A stretch of 35,730 nt of DNA. Source: a virus. The notes under the pieces are model-generated. The model searched no databases, had not been told where the DNA came from, and worked only from the letters and a program-made list of their open reading frames with translations. The position numbers and the translations under genes were made by a program. Positions 1-8,759 of this stretch are shown here, piece by piece. The stretch lies in IMG/VR virus record IMGVR_UViG_3300025849_000003; one strand, 5' to 3'. Position 1 is the stretch's first letter. Every line of letters begins with the position of its first letter.

Positions 1-127
1 AAAGTAGCTAATTTAACTAATATTGACGCTGGTGACAATGAAACTGTTACTGATGCACGTAGTCTTGACACTGAAGATGACCAATTTAACAATTCTATAG
101 GTGTTATGGAGCAAGTTACTGTTTTAG
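1..127. repeat. Terminal overlap, identical to 35604-35730 (circular assembly closure)
   Basis: Base-by-base comparison: 'aaagtagctaatttaactaatattgac...gagcaagttactgttttag' occurs at both window ends. The offset is 35603. Confidence 0.95.
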
Positions 128-1284
128 AACATTACATACGTGTTGAAGGCCAAATAAAGCGGCTTATAACTAATGATGATGCGTCTGTAATATTGGAAAT
201 AGAAGATGCGGACTATATACAATACTCTAGTATATGTCCATACCCAATGCCACATAAATTCTATGGATTGTCATTAGCTGACAAATTAATTGAAGTACAG
301 CGTGTAAAAACAGGCATACAACGACATATGCTAGATGAACTGTCATTTAGCCTTAATCAACGCATGGAAGTATCAGAAGATGGTGCAAACGAAAACACTA
401 TATCTGATTTGCTTAACAATACGCCCGGTGCTCCGATACGATCACGCAATGGCGGTGCTGTAAGACCAGTTAGACTGGCTGGCAGTGGTTTTGATTACAT
501 GACAGGTCTTGAAACGGCAAATGTCATGGCAGAGCGTCGCACAGGTATAATGCGCGGTGAAACAGGTATAAAGGCTGACACATTGCACGAAACGGCCTCA
601 GGGGCGCTTACAATGCTTTCTGAGGGTAAAAAACGTACAAGATTAATGGCACGTATTTTTGCTGAAGGCGGTATCAAAGATATGATGCTAGGAATACATT
701 GTCTTATTAAAGATTATGCAACAGAAGCTGATTATGTACGTCTTAGAGGTAAATGGACACAAGTAGACCCTACAAAGTGGGGTAGACGACATGATATGAC
801 TATTGAGATTGGTGTTGGTGCTGGTGGCAAACAACAAGAAGCATTGTTGGCTAAAGAGGTTATAAATCTGCAAGCTGCTATTGTTAATCAGCAAGGCGGT
901 GCGGCACAAGGTTCACTTGCAACGCCTGAGTCAATACACGCTGCATTAATACGATACGCTACAAAAGCTGGTATAAAAGCGCCTGAAATGTTTTTCCCTG
1001 CACCGCAACCTGGTATGGGTGAACAAGGACAAGAGCCGCAAGATAACAGCGAACAAATAAAAATGCAAATGGAAGCGCAAACTAAACAGCAAGAGATGGA
1101 ACTTAAAAAATACGAAATAGACAGCAAAATGCAATTAGAACGTGAAAAAATAGCTGCAAACGATGCCTTACAGCGTGAGAAAATTGACCGCGAAACAGCA
1201 CTTGCTGTGCAGATGCGTGAAATGGAAATGCAATATAAACAAGAAGTATCATCATTTAGACCAGGTGGTAGCCTTATAACATGA
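1..1284 (+). CDS. Portal protein, C-terminal part (the gene starts at 34836 and runs through the circular junction)
   Basis: The frame is open from base 1 and in phase with 34836..35730 across the overlap, giving about 683 aa combined. The gene directly follows TerL. It has a long M/Q/E/K-rich helical C-terminal extension of the barrel-like kind seen in P22-type portals. Confidence 0.8.
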   Translation, partial: KVANLTNIDAGDNETVTDARSLDTEDDQFNNSIGVMEQVTVLEHYIRVEGQIKRLITNDDASVILEIEDADYIQYSSICPYPMPHKFYGLSLADKLIEVQRVKTGIQRHMLDELSFSLNQRMEVSEDGANENTISDLLNNTPGAPIRSRNGGAVRPVRLAGSGFDYMTGLETANVMAERRTGIMRGETGIKADTLHETASGALTMLSEGKKRTRLMARIFAEGGIKDMMLGIHCLIKDYATEADYVRLRGKWTQVDPTKWGRRHDMTIEIGVGAGGKQQEALLAKEVINLQAAIVNQQGGAAQGSLATPESIHAALIRYATKAGIKAPEMFFPAPQPGMGEQGQEPQDNSEQIKMQMEAQTKQQEMELKKYEIDSKMQLEREKIAANDALQREKIDRETALAVQMREMEMQYKQEVSSFRPGGSLIT

Positions 1285-1523
1285 CAACAATAAATGGCGC
1301 AGAAGCAAGCACGAACGCTACACAGGCTAAACGTGAATTAAAGCTGACAACTACAGCACTAAAAAACATGGAAGAAATAGCATACGAAGCACTACTAAAA
1401 ACAGGTGCAAAAGATGAAGATAAACGACGTGAACTTATAGCACTTATCAATGTGTGCCGTGAGATTCCACGTAAACTAAACAACTACATTGACACTCATA
1501 AGATTAACCAAGAAGGAGTCTAA
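1281..1523 (+). CDS. Hypothetical protein (80 aa) between portal and scaffold
   Basis: ATGA start/stop overlap with the portal gene; same strand and coding density as its neighbours. Confidence 0.55.
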   Translation: MTTINGAEASTNATQAKRELKLTTTALKNMEEIAYEALLKTGAKDEDKRRELIALINVCREIPRKLNNYIDTHKINQEGV

Positions 1524-1526
1524 AAA

Positions 1527-2498
1527 ATGAGTAATGAAGCCCCCTTAAGTATCGACCAAGCCGTAAGCGAGCTAACACAGTTAGAACCGCCAAAGCCTGA
1601 AGAAGCAGAAACTACAAATGCTGTAGAAGAAGTAGAAACAGAAGATACTGAACTAGATGGTGAACCAGAAGCCATCGACGACGACGAGGAGCCTGACGAT
1701 AGCGAGGTCAACCTTGAAGATGAAGAAGTTGAGGAAGTTGAAGCGGAAGAAGATGTACCGTCAATCGACGCACCCCAATTCTGGACTGATGGCGCAAAAG
1801 ATGTTTTTTCATCACTGCCTGCTGAAGCACAATCTGTTATTGCAGATGAAGTTAAGCGGTCACAAGCTGAAACAACTAGAGCGCAACAAGCTGCGGCTGA
1901 AGTAACTAAACAGTCAGTGCAACGTATGGAACAACTACATAATGTTATTGAGTCAGTGCAAACTGAAACAGCAACATTAGATAGATTGTTTGATGAGCGT
2001 TGGAATAACATTGATTGGGTAGCTATGTCGCAAAGAGACCCATCAGAATACTTGCAAAACAAAGCGTTGTTTGAAGCCGAGTCGCAAGCCTTAGAGGTTC
2101 ATAAAGAATCTGCGGTCAATGCACAAAAAGAATACGAACAACAGATATTGCAAGAAAACTTTGCAAATGTACCTAAACTATTTCCAGATTTATTGGATGC
2201 TGTTAAAGGCCCAGAAATACAACAAACATTGACTAAGACATTGTTGGATTTAGGAGCTACACCAGAAGAACTTAGGTTTGCAAAGCCAGGAATGTTAGCT
2301 TTGGCTTATGATGGTATTAAATACCGCAATAGTCAGAAAAAACTTTCAAAAACTAGCGCAAAACCTGTGCCTAAGACAATCAAGTCAAAAGGCAAATCAG
2401 CGGGTAATGCAAATTCATTAAGAAAAGCTCGTGCTGCAAAACGTTTCAATAAGTCTAATTCATTAGATGATGCTGTAGCGTTATTGTTATCGAGTTAG
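1527..2498 (+). CDS. Scaffolding protein (putative)
   Basis: Lies between the portal and major capsid genes. It has a hyper-acidic N-terminal tract (EEAETT...DDDEEPDDSEVNLEDEEVEEVEAEED), a helical Q/E/A-rich middle and a basic C-terminus. A GGAG Shine-Dalgarno (SD) lies upstream. Confidence 0.6.
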   Translation: MSNEAPLSIDQAVSELTQLEPPKPEEAETTNAVEEVETEDTELDGEPEAIDDDEEPDDSEVNLEDEEVEEVEAEEDVPSIDAPQFWTDGAKDVFSSLPAEAQSVIADEVKRSQAETTRAQQAAAEVTKQSVQRMEQLHNVIESVQTETATLDRLFDERWNNIDWVAMSQRDPSEYLQNKALFEAESQALEVHKESAVNAQKEYEQQILQENFANVPKLFPDLLDAVKGPEIQQTLTKTLLDLGATPEELRFAKPGMLALAYDGIKYRNSQKKLSKTSAKPVPKTIKSKGKSAGNANSLRKARAAKRFNKSNSLDDAVALLLSS

Positions 2499-2519
2499 CT
2501 ATCAACAGGAGATATTAAG

Positions 2520-3479
2520 ATGGCTGCACCAACAAACACAATCGTACCAGCAGGTGTTGCTGGCAACAGAGAAGACCTCTCAAACCTCATCGAGCGCGTT
2601 GCTCCTGAGAAAACACCATTCTGCTCAAACATTAAAGGCGGTGGCGTAAAAGTTACGGCTACAAGACATGAGTGGCAAACAGAAACACTAGCAACTCCAG
2701 ATGCTGCTTCAGCACAAGTTGATGGTGATGATACTACATCATTCGAAGCTAACACAAGAACTCGTGTTGCTAACCGCGTACAAACTAAAAAGCGTGCGGT
2801 AGTTGTAGCTGGCATACAAGAAGCTGTTGACTCAGCTGGCGTAGCGTCAGAAATGGCTAGACAAAAACTTATCAAAGGTATTGAGCTAAAGCGTGACTTC
2901 GAAGCTCGTTTCATTGGTAACTTTGCTTCATCTGAAGAATCAGGTTCAACTGGGCGTAAAGCTGCTGGTGCATTAGCATGGGCAACTTCAAACGTGTCAC
3001 GCGGTTCAGGCGGTGCTAATGGTGGATATAGCGGAACAGATTGTGCTGCTGCTACAAATGGTACACAGCGTACTTTCACTAAAGACATCATGGATGCCGT
3101 AATTCAATCTGGATTTAATAATGGCGCTACATTCTCACAAATCTATATGAGTGCTGCTCATAAAGCAATATTTGCTGGATTTGCTGGACTTGCAGCTAAC
3201 CGCTATGAAATCAACGGAATGGATGAAGGCGTAGTTGTTGGCGGTGCAGACGTTTATCTGTCTAACCACGGCAAACTAACTATAATACCAGTACAGTATG
3301 GCCTAACACGCGATGCTCTATTTGTAGACCCATCCATGTGTACTTTAGGTACATTACGTTCACCACGTTATGAAGAACTATCCAAAACTGGTGACAACGA
3401 AAAAGGTCAAATCCTTGGTGATATGACACTTATCGTGAAGAACGAAAAAGGTCTAGGCGTAGCCGCAGACTTAACCTAG
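2520..3479 (+). CDS. Major capsid protein (HK97-fold type)
   Basis: The N-terminal motif 'NREDLSNLIERVAPEKTPF' is typical of a podovirus major capsid family. Position after the scaffold gene, 319 aa, AGGAG SD. Confidence 0.8.
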   Translation: MAAPTNTIVPAGVAGNREDLSNLIERVAPEKTPFCSNIKGGGVKVTATRHEWQTETLATPDAASAQVDGDDTTSFEANTRTRVANRVQTKKRAVVVAGIQEAVDSAGVASEMARQKLIKGIELKRDFEARFIGNFASSEESGSTGRKAAGALAWATSNVSRGSGGANGGYSGTDCAAATNGTQRTFTKDIMDAVIQSGFNNGATFSQIYMSAAHKAIFAGFAGLAANRYEINGMDEGVVVGGADVYLSNHGKLTIIPVQYGLTRDALFVDPSMCTLGTLRSPRYEELSKTGDNEKGQILGDMTLIVKNEKGLGVAADLT

Positions 3480-3494
3480 TATTAGGTAACGAAT

Positions 3495-3518
3495 GGGGGT
3501 TGGCATTTGCCAGCCCCT
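3495..3518 (+). promoter_or_regulatory. Stable stem-loop directly after the capsid gene (attenuator or mRNA-stabilising hairpin)
   Basis: GGGGTTGGC / GCCAGCCCC forms a 9-bp stem (one G-U pair) with an ATTT loop. No U-tract follows. Confidence 0.45.
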
Positions 3519-3535
3519 ACAATTAGGAGATAAAT

Positions 3536-3754
3536 ATGCCAAAAGCAAAAGCACCAAAGATTAAAGCAAAAATACAAAAATATGACGGCATTGAATGCAT
3601 TGTCACTAAAAAAGGCGGTATAGCGCAAATAAGAACTGGTAAATCAAATGCTGATGGTAGTGAAATATGTTACAAAAAAGGCGACATATTTAAAACAAAT
3701 GCAGCGCAAGCTAAGTTATTAGAAGAAAACGATTTGGTAGTAGCAAGGGATTAA
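3536..3754 (+). CDS. Hypothetical virion-module protein (72 aa, basic N-terminus)
   Basis: AGGAG SD 7 nt upstream; sits in the structural gene block. Confidence 0.6.
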   Translation: MPKAKAPKIKAKIQKYDGIECIVTKKGGIAQIRTGKSNADGSEICYKKGDIFKTNAAQAKLLEENDLVVARD

Positions 3755-3755
3755 G

Positions 3756-4085
3756 ATGAGTAGTTTTAAACCATTTTCATACGATTCAGCAACAGGCATG
3801 AAACACAGCCTAGCAGTTGATAGCGCAACAGATGAAATGTATGTAAAAACAGAACAAGATGTCACTAAAATATTAGATCACAATAAAAGACAGCAATATG
3901 ATGCTAAAGGCACACTAGGTAAAGCTGATTTAGTTAAAGTTGGCACAATACCATTAGGGCTAATACAGCATTGGAAAGCAACAGAAGGCATTGATGTATT
4001 TAATCAAGACCATTGGCCTCGTGTTGTAGAAAAATTAAACAGTAATGAGTTTCAGGCATTGCGAGTAGCGCAGTTTAAGGTGTAG
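3756..4085 (+). CDS. Hypothetical virion-module protein (109 aa)
   Basis: Tightly packed after the previous gene; no motif recognised. Confidence 0.55.
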   Translation: MSSFKPFSYDSATGMKHSLAVDSATDEMYVKTEQDVTKILDHNKRQQYDAKGTLGKADLVKVGTIPLGLIQHWKATEGIDVFNQDHWPRVVEKLNSNEFQALRVAQFKV

Positions 4086-4087
4086 TT

Positions 4088-4699
4088 ATGGCATTTGCAA
4101 ATCTAGGCGAATTAAAAACAGTTATAAATGACACGTTAAATCGTGATGATTTGACTGCACAAATACCTAATTTTATTAAAATGAATGAAGAAAGCGTTAA
4201 TCGCAAAGTCAATGTATCTGAGATGGAAGAATACACTGAGTTTACTATAAACGTAGGGCAAACAACATTGCCTACAAACTTCTTAGAGATGCGTAATATA
4301 CAGATGAAAAGTTCTGAATATCCATTGCAATATGTACCGCATAACTCATTAGATGGAATAGGTGCTGACTCTGGTATACCTAGATTTTACTCTATACAAG
4401 GCACTAAACTATTATTTTATCCGTTTCCCCCAGATGCTACTATTGGCATTATGAGATATTTGGCTGAAGTAACGCCTTTGGTAAATGATGTAGATACAAA
4501 TTGGTTACTAAGTAAATCACCGCAAATATATTTGTACGGCACATTATTACACGCTGCACCCTTTTTAAATGATGACAGCAGATTACCTGTATGGAGTGCA
4601 TTGTTTGAAGATGCTGTTAAAGCATTGAATGACCAAGACAAGCGCAGAATGTCAGGAACTAAACCACAAATGATAAACGCAACAGCAGGATACTATTGA
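4088..4699 (+). CDS. Head-to-tail adaptor-like protein (putative)
   Basis: The N-terminal pattern 'LGELKTVINDTLNRDDLTAQIPNFIKMNEESVNRK' resembles adaptor/connector proteins of podoviruses. It lies downstream of the capsid gene. Confidence 0.4.
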   Translation: MAFANLGELKTVINDTLNRDDLTAQIPNFIKMNEESVNRKVNVSEMEEYTEFTINVGQTTLPTNFLEMRNIQMKSSEYPLQYVPHNSLDGIGADSGIPRFYSIQGTKLLFYPFPPDATIGIMRYLAEVTPLVNDVDTNWLLSKSPQIYLYGTLLHAAPFLNDDSRLPVWSALFEDAVKALNDQDKRRMSGTKPQMINATAGYY

Positions 4700-4700
4700 T

Positions 4701-5276
4701 ATGCCTACAACAACTAACTATGGATGGACATACAACCTACCAAATACTGCACAAGATACATGGGGCGGTGATTTAAATAACACGCAGATAGCGATTGATG
4801 CGCAAGTAAAAACTAATGAAAACCTTGCTAACTCAAAAGCACCAATAGCCGACCCTACATTTACAGGCACAGTTACAGGGCCGACATTTGATGGTAATTT
4901 AACAGGTGATGTTACAGGCGATGTATTTGCAAGTGATGGTACAAGCAAAATACTCGAATCTGGTACAGATGGCACTGATGCTGTATTGACAGGCAATGCA
5001 ACGTCAGCGGATAAATGGTCTACTGCAAGAACTGTTACACTAACAGGCGTTGTTACAGGCAGCGTAGCATTTGACGGCACAGGTGATTTTACATTAGCTA
5101 CAAGCGTTGGCACAATAGCAGATGATACACTAACAATAGCGCAAACAAGCGGTCTGCAAGCAGCATTAGATGGCAAAGTAGCACACGCAAGCGGTAATGG
5201 CAGAACAATAACTGTAGGCAATACAGCGCCTACAAGTCCACTAACAGATGACATTTGGTTTGATACAACGGCATAA
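4701..5276 (+). CDS. Tail fibre-like protein (191 aa)
   Basis: Contains classical fibre motifs: 'SADKWSTARTVTLTGVVTGSVAFDGTGDFTL', 'TSGLQAALDGK' and TGDVTGDV repeats. Confidence 0.6.
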   Translation: MPTTTNYGWTYNLPNTAQDTWGGDLNNTQIAIDAQVKTNENLANSKAPIADPTFTGTVTGPTFDGNLTGDVTGDVFASDGTSKILESGTDGTDAVLTGNATSADKWSTARTVTLTGVVTGSVAFDGTGDFTLATSVGTIADDTLTIAQTSGLQAALDGKVAHASGNGRTITVGNTAPTSPLTDDIWFDTTA

Positions 5277-5740
5277 TGGCAATAAAAACTTATAACGGCA
5301 CTGCATTTGCAGACGCAACAGCTAAGTATTACAATGGTAGTGCGTGGGTAGAACCTAATAGTGGTGTTAAGCGTTGGAATGGTAGTGCATGGGAAGTTGT
5401 TTCTACTGCATTTGAGGCAACACTAACGCAAACAGCACTATTTGGCTCTACATCATACAACTCATCACTGGGTAGCTATACAGGCGTTACAAGTAGCCCC
5501 GGCACTGGTTACACAGCGGTAACAGTCACAGGTGGTAAAGCGCCATTTACATATCAATGGTTTTATGTATCTGGCACTGTAAGTAGTATAAATCTATTCC
5601 CACAACTACCTACGCAGTACACTACAAGATTTAGTTTTAATTATGCGTTATCAGCAGGCAATGCTGTTTATAGATGCCAAGTAACAGATGCCGATAACAA
5701 CGTAATAAATACAGACACAGTTACAGTGAGTTTTAGTTAA
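5276..5740 (+). CDS. Tail-associated protein with Ig-like C-terminal region (putative)
   Basis: TAATG overlap with the previous gene. Carries 'NGSAWVE...WNGSAWEVV' repeats and the motif 'VTGGKAPFTYQW...YRCQVTD'. Confidence 0.45.
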   Translation: MAIKTYNGTAFADATAKYYNGSAWVEPNSGVKRWNGSAWEVVSTAFEATLTQTALFGSTSYNSSLGSYTGVTSSPGTGYTAVTVTGGKAPFTYQWFYVSGTVSSINLFPQLPTQYTTRFSFNYALSAGNAVYRCQVTDADNNVINTDTVTVSFS

Positions 5741-7218
5741 TGTTAGTACCATTAAACATTCCGCCCGGTGTTTACACTAACGGCACAGAGTATCAGTCTA
5801 AAGGCCGTAACTTTGATGCTAATCTTGTGCGTTGGCAATTTGGTGCATTAGGGCCAATGGGTGGCTGGAGACAGAGAACAACTACAACTGTAAGCGGCAA
5901 GGCAAGACGTGTTATATCTTGGCGTGATAACAACAACCAAGTATGGGCTGCGATAGGAACAAATAGCCATTTATATGCTATGACAGCTGGCGGTGCTGTA
6001 ACAGATATTACGCCTAGCGGATTAACTGCCGGGCGTGCAGATGCAGATACAGGCGCTGGATTTGGCACAGGTTTGTATGGACAAGGGCCGTATGGAGTTA
6101 GTAACCCTGCTGTGGTAAGCACTACAAACCCTGCAAGCATATGGTCACTAGATACATTTGGTCAGATATTGTTAGGTGTATTGCCTGATGACGGCAAACT
6201 GTACGAATGGAATGTAAACGTTAATGTTGATGCTACGCAAGTAACAAATGCGCCTGTAGACAACAGAGCAGTATTAGTAACGCCAGAGCGTATTGTGATG
6301 TGCCTTGGCGCAGCAGGAGTGCCAAGAGATGTTGCTTGGTCAGATCAAGAAGATAGAAACCAATGGACAGCAGCAGCTAACAATCAAGCTGGTAACTTTA
6401 GTTTACAAACAGCTGGTACAATATTAAATGCGGTCAATGTTAAAGGTGGTAGTCTTATATTTACAGATAAAGACGTATGGCGCGTTGTATATTTAGGGCC
6501 GCCATTAGTGTACGGATTTCCACAAGATAATGCTGGTGGTGGTTTAGTATCTGCTGGTGCGGTGACAACGGCTGATGGCGCAGCATATTGGATGTCACAT
6601 GAAAATTTTTATGTACATACAGGTTACAGTCAACCTATAGCTTGCGACGTACATGATGCAGTGTTTAAAGACATTAACAGAGCGCAAATTAGTAAAGTTA
6701 CTGCTTGGCATAACGCATCATTCGGTGAAGTTTGGTGGTTTTACCCTAGTGCTGATAGCACTGAAAATGACAAATATGTGGTTTATGACTACAGAGAAAG
6801 GCATTGGAATAAAGGCAGTTTATCGCGATTATGTGCGACAGACAAAGCGCCATTACCATATCCAATAGCTGTAGATGCTACTGGCAAGATATATGACCAT
6901 GAGTTTGGATATGACCACAATGGCGATGTTAGTTTTATTGAACATGGGCCTGTAGAATTAGGTACAGGTGAAAATAGCTCTAATCTTACGTTTTTATACC
7001 CTGATGAAAGCGCACAAGGCGACGTTAGCATAACCTTTAAAAGTAAAATGTACCCTAACGGCACAGAACGTAGTTTTGGCCCATACACAGCAACTCGGCA
7101 ACCTGTACCAATAAGAGTACATGGCAGACAAATGCTTGTTAAAGCAATAGGCGCAGAGTCAACTAATTGGAGGCTTGGTGTACCGCGTATTGAAGTTAAA
7201 CCAGGAAGCAAACGATGA
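5740..7218 (+). CDS. Tail tubular / nozzle-like protein (putative)
   Basis: 492 aa. The N-terminus 'NIPPGVYTNGTEYQSKGRNFDANLVRWQFGALGPMGGW' is typical of podovirus tail-hub proteins. The repetitive beta-rich composition suggests a propeller. Confidence 0.4.
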   Translation: MLVPLNIPPGVYTNGTEYQSKGRNFDANLVRWQFGALGPMGGWRQRTTTTVSGKARRVISWRDNNNQVWAAIGTNSHLYAMTAGGAVTDITPSGLTAGRADADTGAGFGTGLYGQGPYGVSNPAVVSTTNPASIWSLDTFGQILLGVLPDDGKLYEWNVNVNVDATQVTNAPVDNRAVLVTPERIVMCLGAAGVPRDVAWSDQEDRNQWTAAANNQAGNFSLQTAGTILNAVNVKGGSLIFTDKDVWRVVYLGPPLVYGFPQDNAGGGLVSAGAVTTADGAAYWMSHENFYVHTGYSQPIACDVHDAVFKDINRAQISKVTAWHNASFGEVWWFYPSADSTENDKYVVYDYRERHWNKGSLSRLCATDKAPLPYPIAVDATGKIYDHEFGYDHNGDVSFIEHGPVELGTGENSSNLTFLYPDESAQGDVSITFKSKMYPNGTERSFGPYTATRQPVPIRVHGRQMLVKAIGAESTNWRLGVPRIEVKPGSKR

Positions 7219-7424
7219 GACTGCCTGATGCAATGCCAACATATGACGTTATAAATGAAACAGAAACACGTCGTAATATTACATATGAAATGACGCAAAC
7301 GCGCAAGATAAATGAAGATATAAATATAAACGCAAACAATAGATTAATACTAACAAGTCCTAACGGCACACGTTACAGCGCAAGTATTGATAACACTGGA
7401 GTATTGTCTTGGACAGCATTGTAA
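7215..7424 (+). CDS. Hypothetical protein (69 aa)
   Basis: ATGA overlap with the upstream gene. Confidence 0.5.
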   Translation: MRLPDAMPTYDVINETETRRNITYEMTQTRKINEDININANNRLILTSPNGTRYSASIDNTGVLSWTAL

Positions 7425-7780
7425 ACATAGATAATCATAAAGAACAAATCGTGAACGCTTTAGTACGTTCAGGATATGAGCACACATATGAAGAAGTTAA
7501 ACAGGCTGTCATAAACAAAGAAGCGCAGTATTGGCCAGCAAATAATAGTGCTGCAATAACAGAAATAGCTAACAAATCTGATGGCACTGTTGGATTAAAT
7601 GTTTGGCTATATGGTGGAGATTTAAAAGACTTTTATCTTCTAGTAGATGCCGCAAAAAAATATGTAAACGATTTAGGTGGTAGTTACATTGAAACATTTG
7701 GGCATCGTAAGGGCTGGAATAGATTATTAAAAAACCTTGGTTTTGTTGTAGATGGCAAAACTTTAATATGGAGGCCGTAA
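7409..7780 (+). CDS. Hypothetical protein (123 aa; weak GNAT-like 'HRKGWNRLLKNLGF' motif)
   Basis: TTG start at 7409 with GGAG 7 nt upstream. The start choice is uncertain. Confidence 0.4.
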   Translation: MDSIVNIDNHKEQIVNALVRSGYEHTYEEVKQAVINKEAQYWPANNSAAITEIANKSDGTVGLNVWLYGGDLKDFYLLVDAAKKYVNDLGGSYIETFGHRKGWNRLLKNLGFVVDGKTLIWRP

Positions 7781-8745
7781 TGGGCAGTAAAACAAAAAAA
7801 GAAACAAAAACAAATCAAACACCCGACCCATTTACACAAAATATGATTAATACTGCCGCATCAAATGCAAGAGGCTTTGGTGAACAAGCATATACGCCAT
7901 ACACAGGCGAACGTGTTGCTGGCATGAGTGACATGGAAACAGAAGCATTGTCTAATTATATGTCAAACAATGTTAGCAATCGTGGTATTATGGAGCAAGG
8001 TTTAGAAATGGCACAACAAGGCGCACAATATACGCCAGACCAAATACAAACACAAAATTTTACTGATATGGACATATCTGGCTATATGAATCCATACATA
8101 CAACAAGTTATTGACAATACAGTCAGTGATATAGAACGAAAACAAATGGGAAGTGCTGAAAATATAGATGCACAAGCTGCTAAATCTGCTGCGTTTGGTG
8201 GCTCTAGACAAGCAATACAACAAGCTGAAAATGAACGTAATTATGCTGACATTACTGCAAAAACTATAGGCCAGTTACGAAGTCAAGGTTATGAAGATGC
8301 AGCGGCTAGATTGCAAGCAGATGCTGCAAGGCAATTACAGGCTGATTCATATAATCAAGCTGCTGGTTTACGTGGTGCAGATTTACGACTGCGTGGTGCA
8401 GCACAAGTTGGTAATATGGCAGGACAATTATCTGATGCAGATTACAGAGCATATGGAGTAGAAAATCAATACGGGCAAACACAACGCGGTTTAGACCAAG
8501 CGCAATTAGATGCACAATATCAAGAAGCTATGAGGCAATATGATGATTTTTATAGAAGAGCAGGTATAGAAGGTGGCATACTCGGTGCTACACCTAAATA
8601 TACAGATACTACTACAAATGAAACAACATCTAAAAGCGGTGGTGCAGGTAGTATGATAGGTAAAGGATTGTTAGGGCTTGCTATGGGGCCAGCAAATCCG
8701 TTTGCAGGTACATTACTTGGCAGCGCATTAAATAAATTTAAGTAA
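7780..8745 (+). CDS. Virion structural / internal protein (Q/A-rich)
   Basis: ATG at 7780 with GGAGG 5 nt upstream and a TAATG overlap, which I prefer to the ATG at 7768. It precedes the large internal proteins. Confidence 0.5.
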   Translation: MGSKTKKETKTNQTPDPFTQNMINTAASNARGFGEQAYTPYTGERVAGMSDMETEALSNYMSNNVSNRGIMEQGLEMAQQGAQYTPDQIQTQNFTDMDISGYMNPYIQQVIDNTVSDIERKQMGSAENIDAQAAKSAAFGGSRQAIQQAENERNYADITAKTIGQLRSQGYEDAAARLQADAARQLQADSYNQAAGLRGADLRLRGAAQVGNMAGQLSDADYRAYGVENQYGQTQRGLDQAQLDAQYQEAMRQYDDFYRRAGIEGGILGATPKYTDTTTNETTSKSGGAGSMIGKGLLGLAMGPANPFAGTLLGSALNKFK

Positions 8746-8759
8746 TAGTAGAGTAAATT

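Noticed and set aside
1-127. The 127-bp end duplication as a biological direct terminal repeat.
   Set aside because: The repeat lies in the middle of the portal coding sequence and keeps its frame. That fits an assembly overlap of a circular or permuted genome, not a packaging terminus.
1520-2062. Long antisense ORFs inside structural genes: 1520-2062, 2495-3091, 4718-5254, 5793-6140, 6789-7298, 13364-13936 and 15353-15772 on the minus strand.
   Set aside because: Each lies fully inside a well-supported + strand gene. Their composition is low-complexity Ser/Val/Ala-rich, mirroring the sense codons, and they have no SD or operon context. They are typical shadow ORFs.
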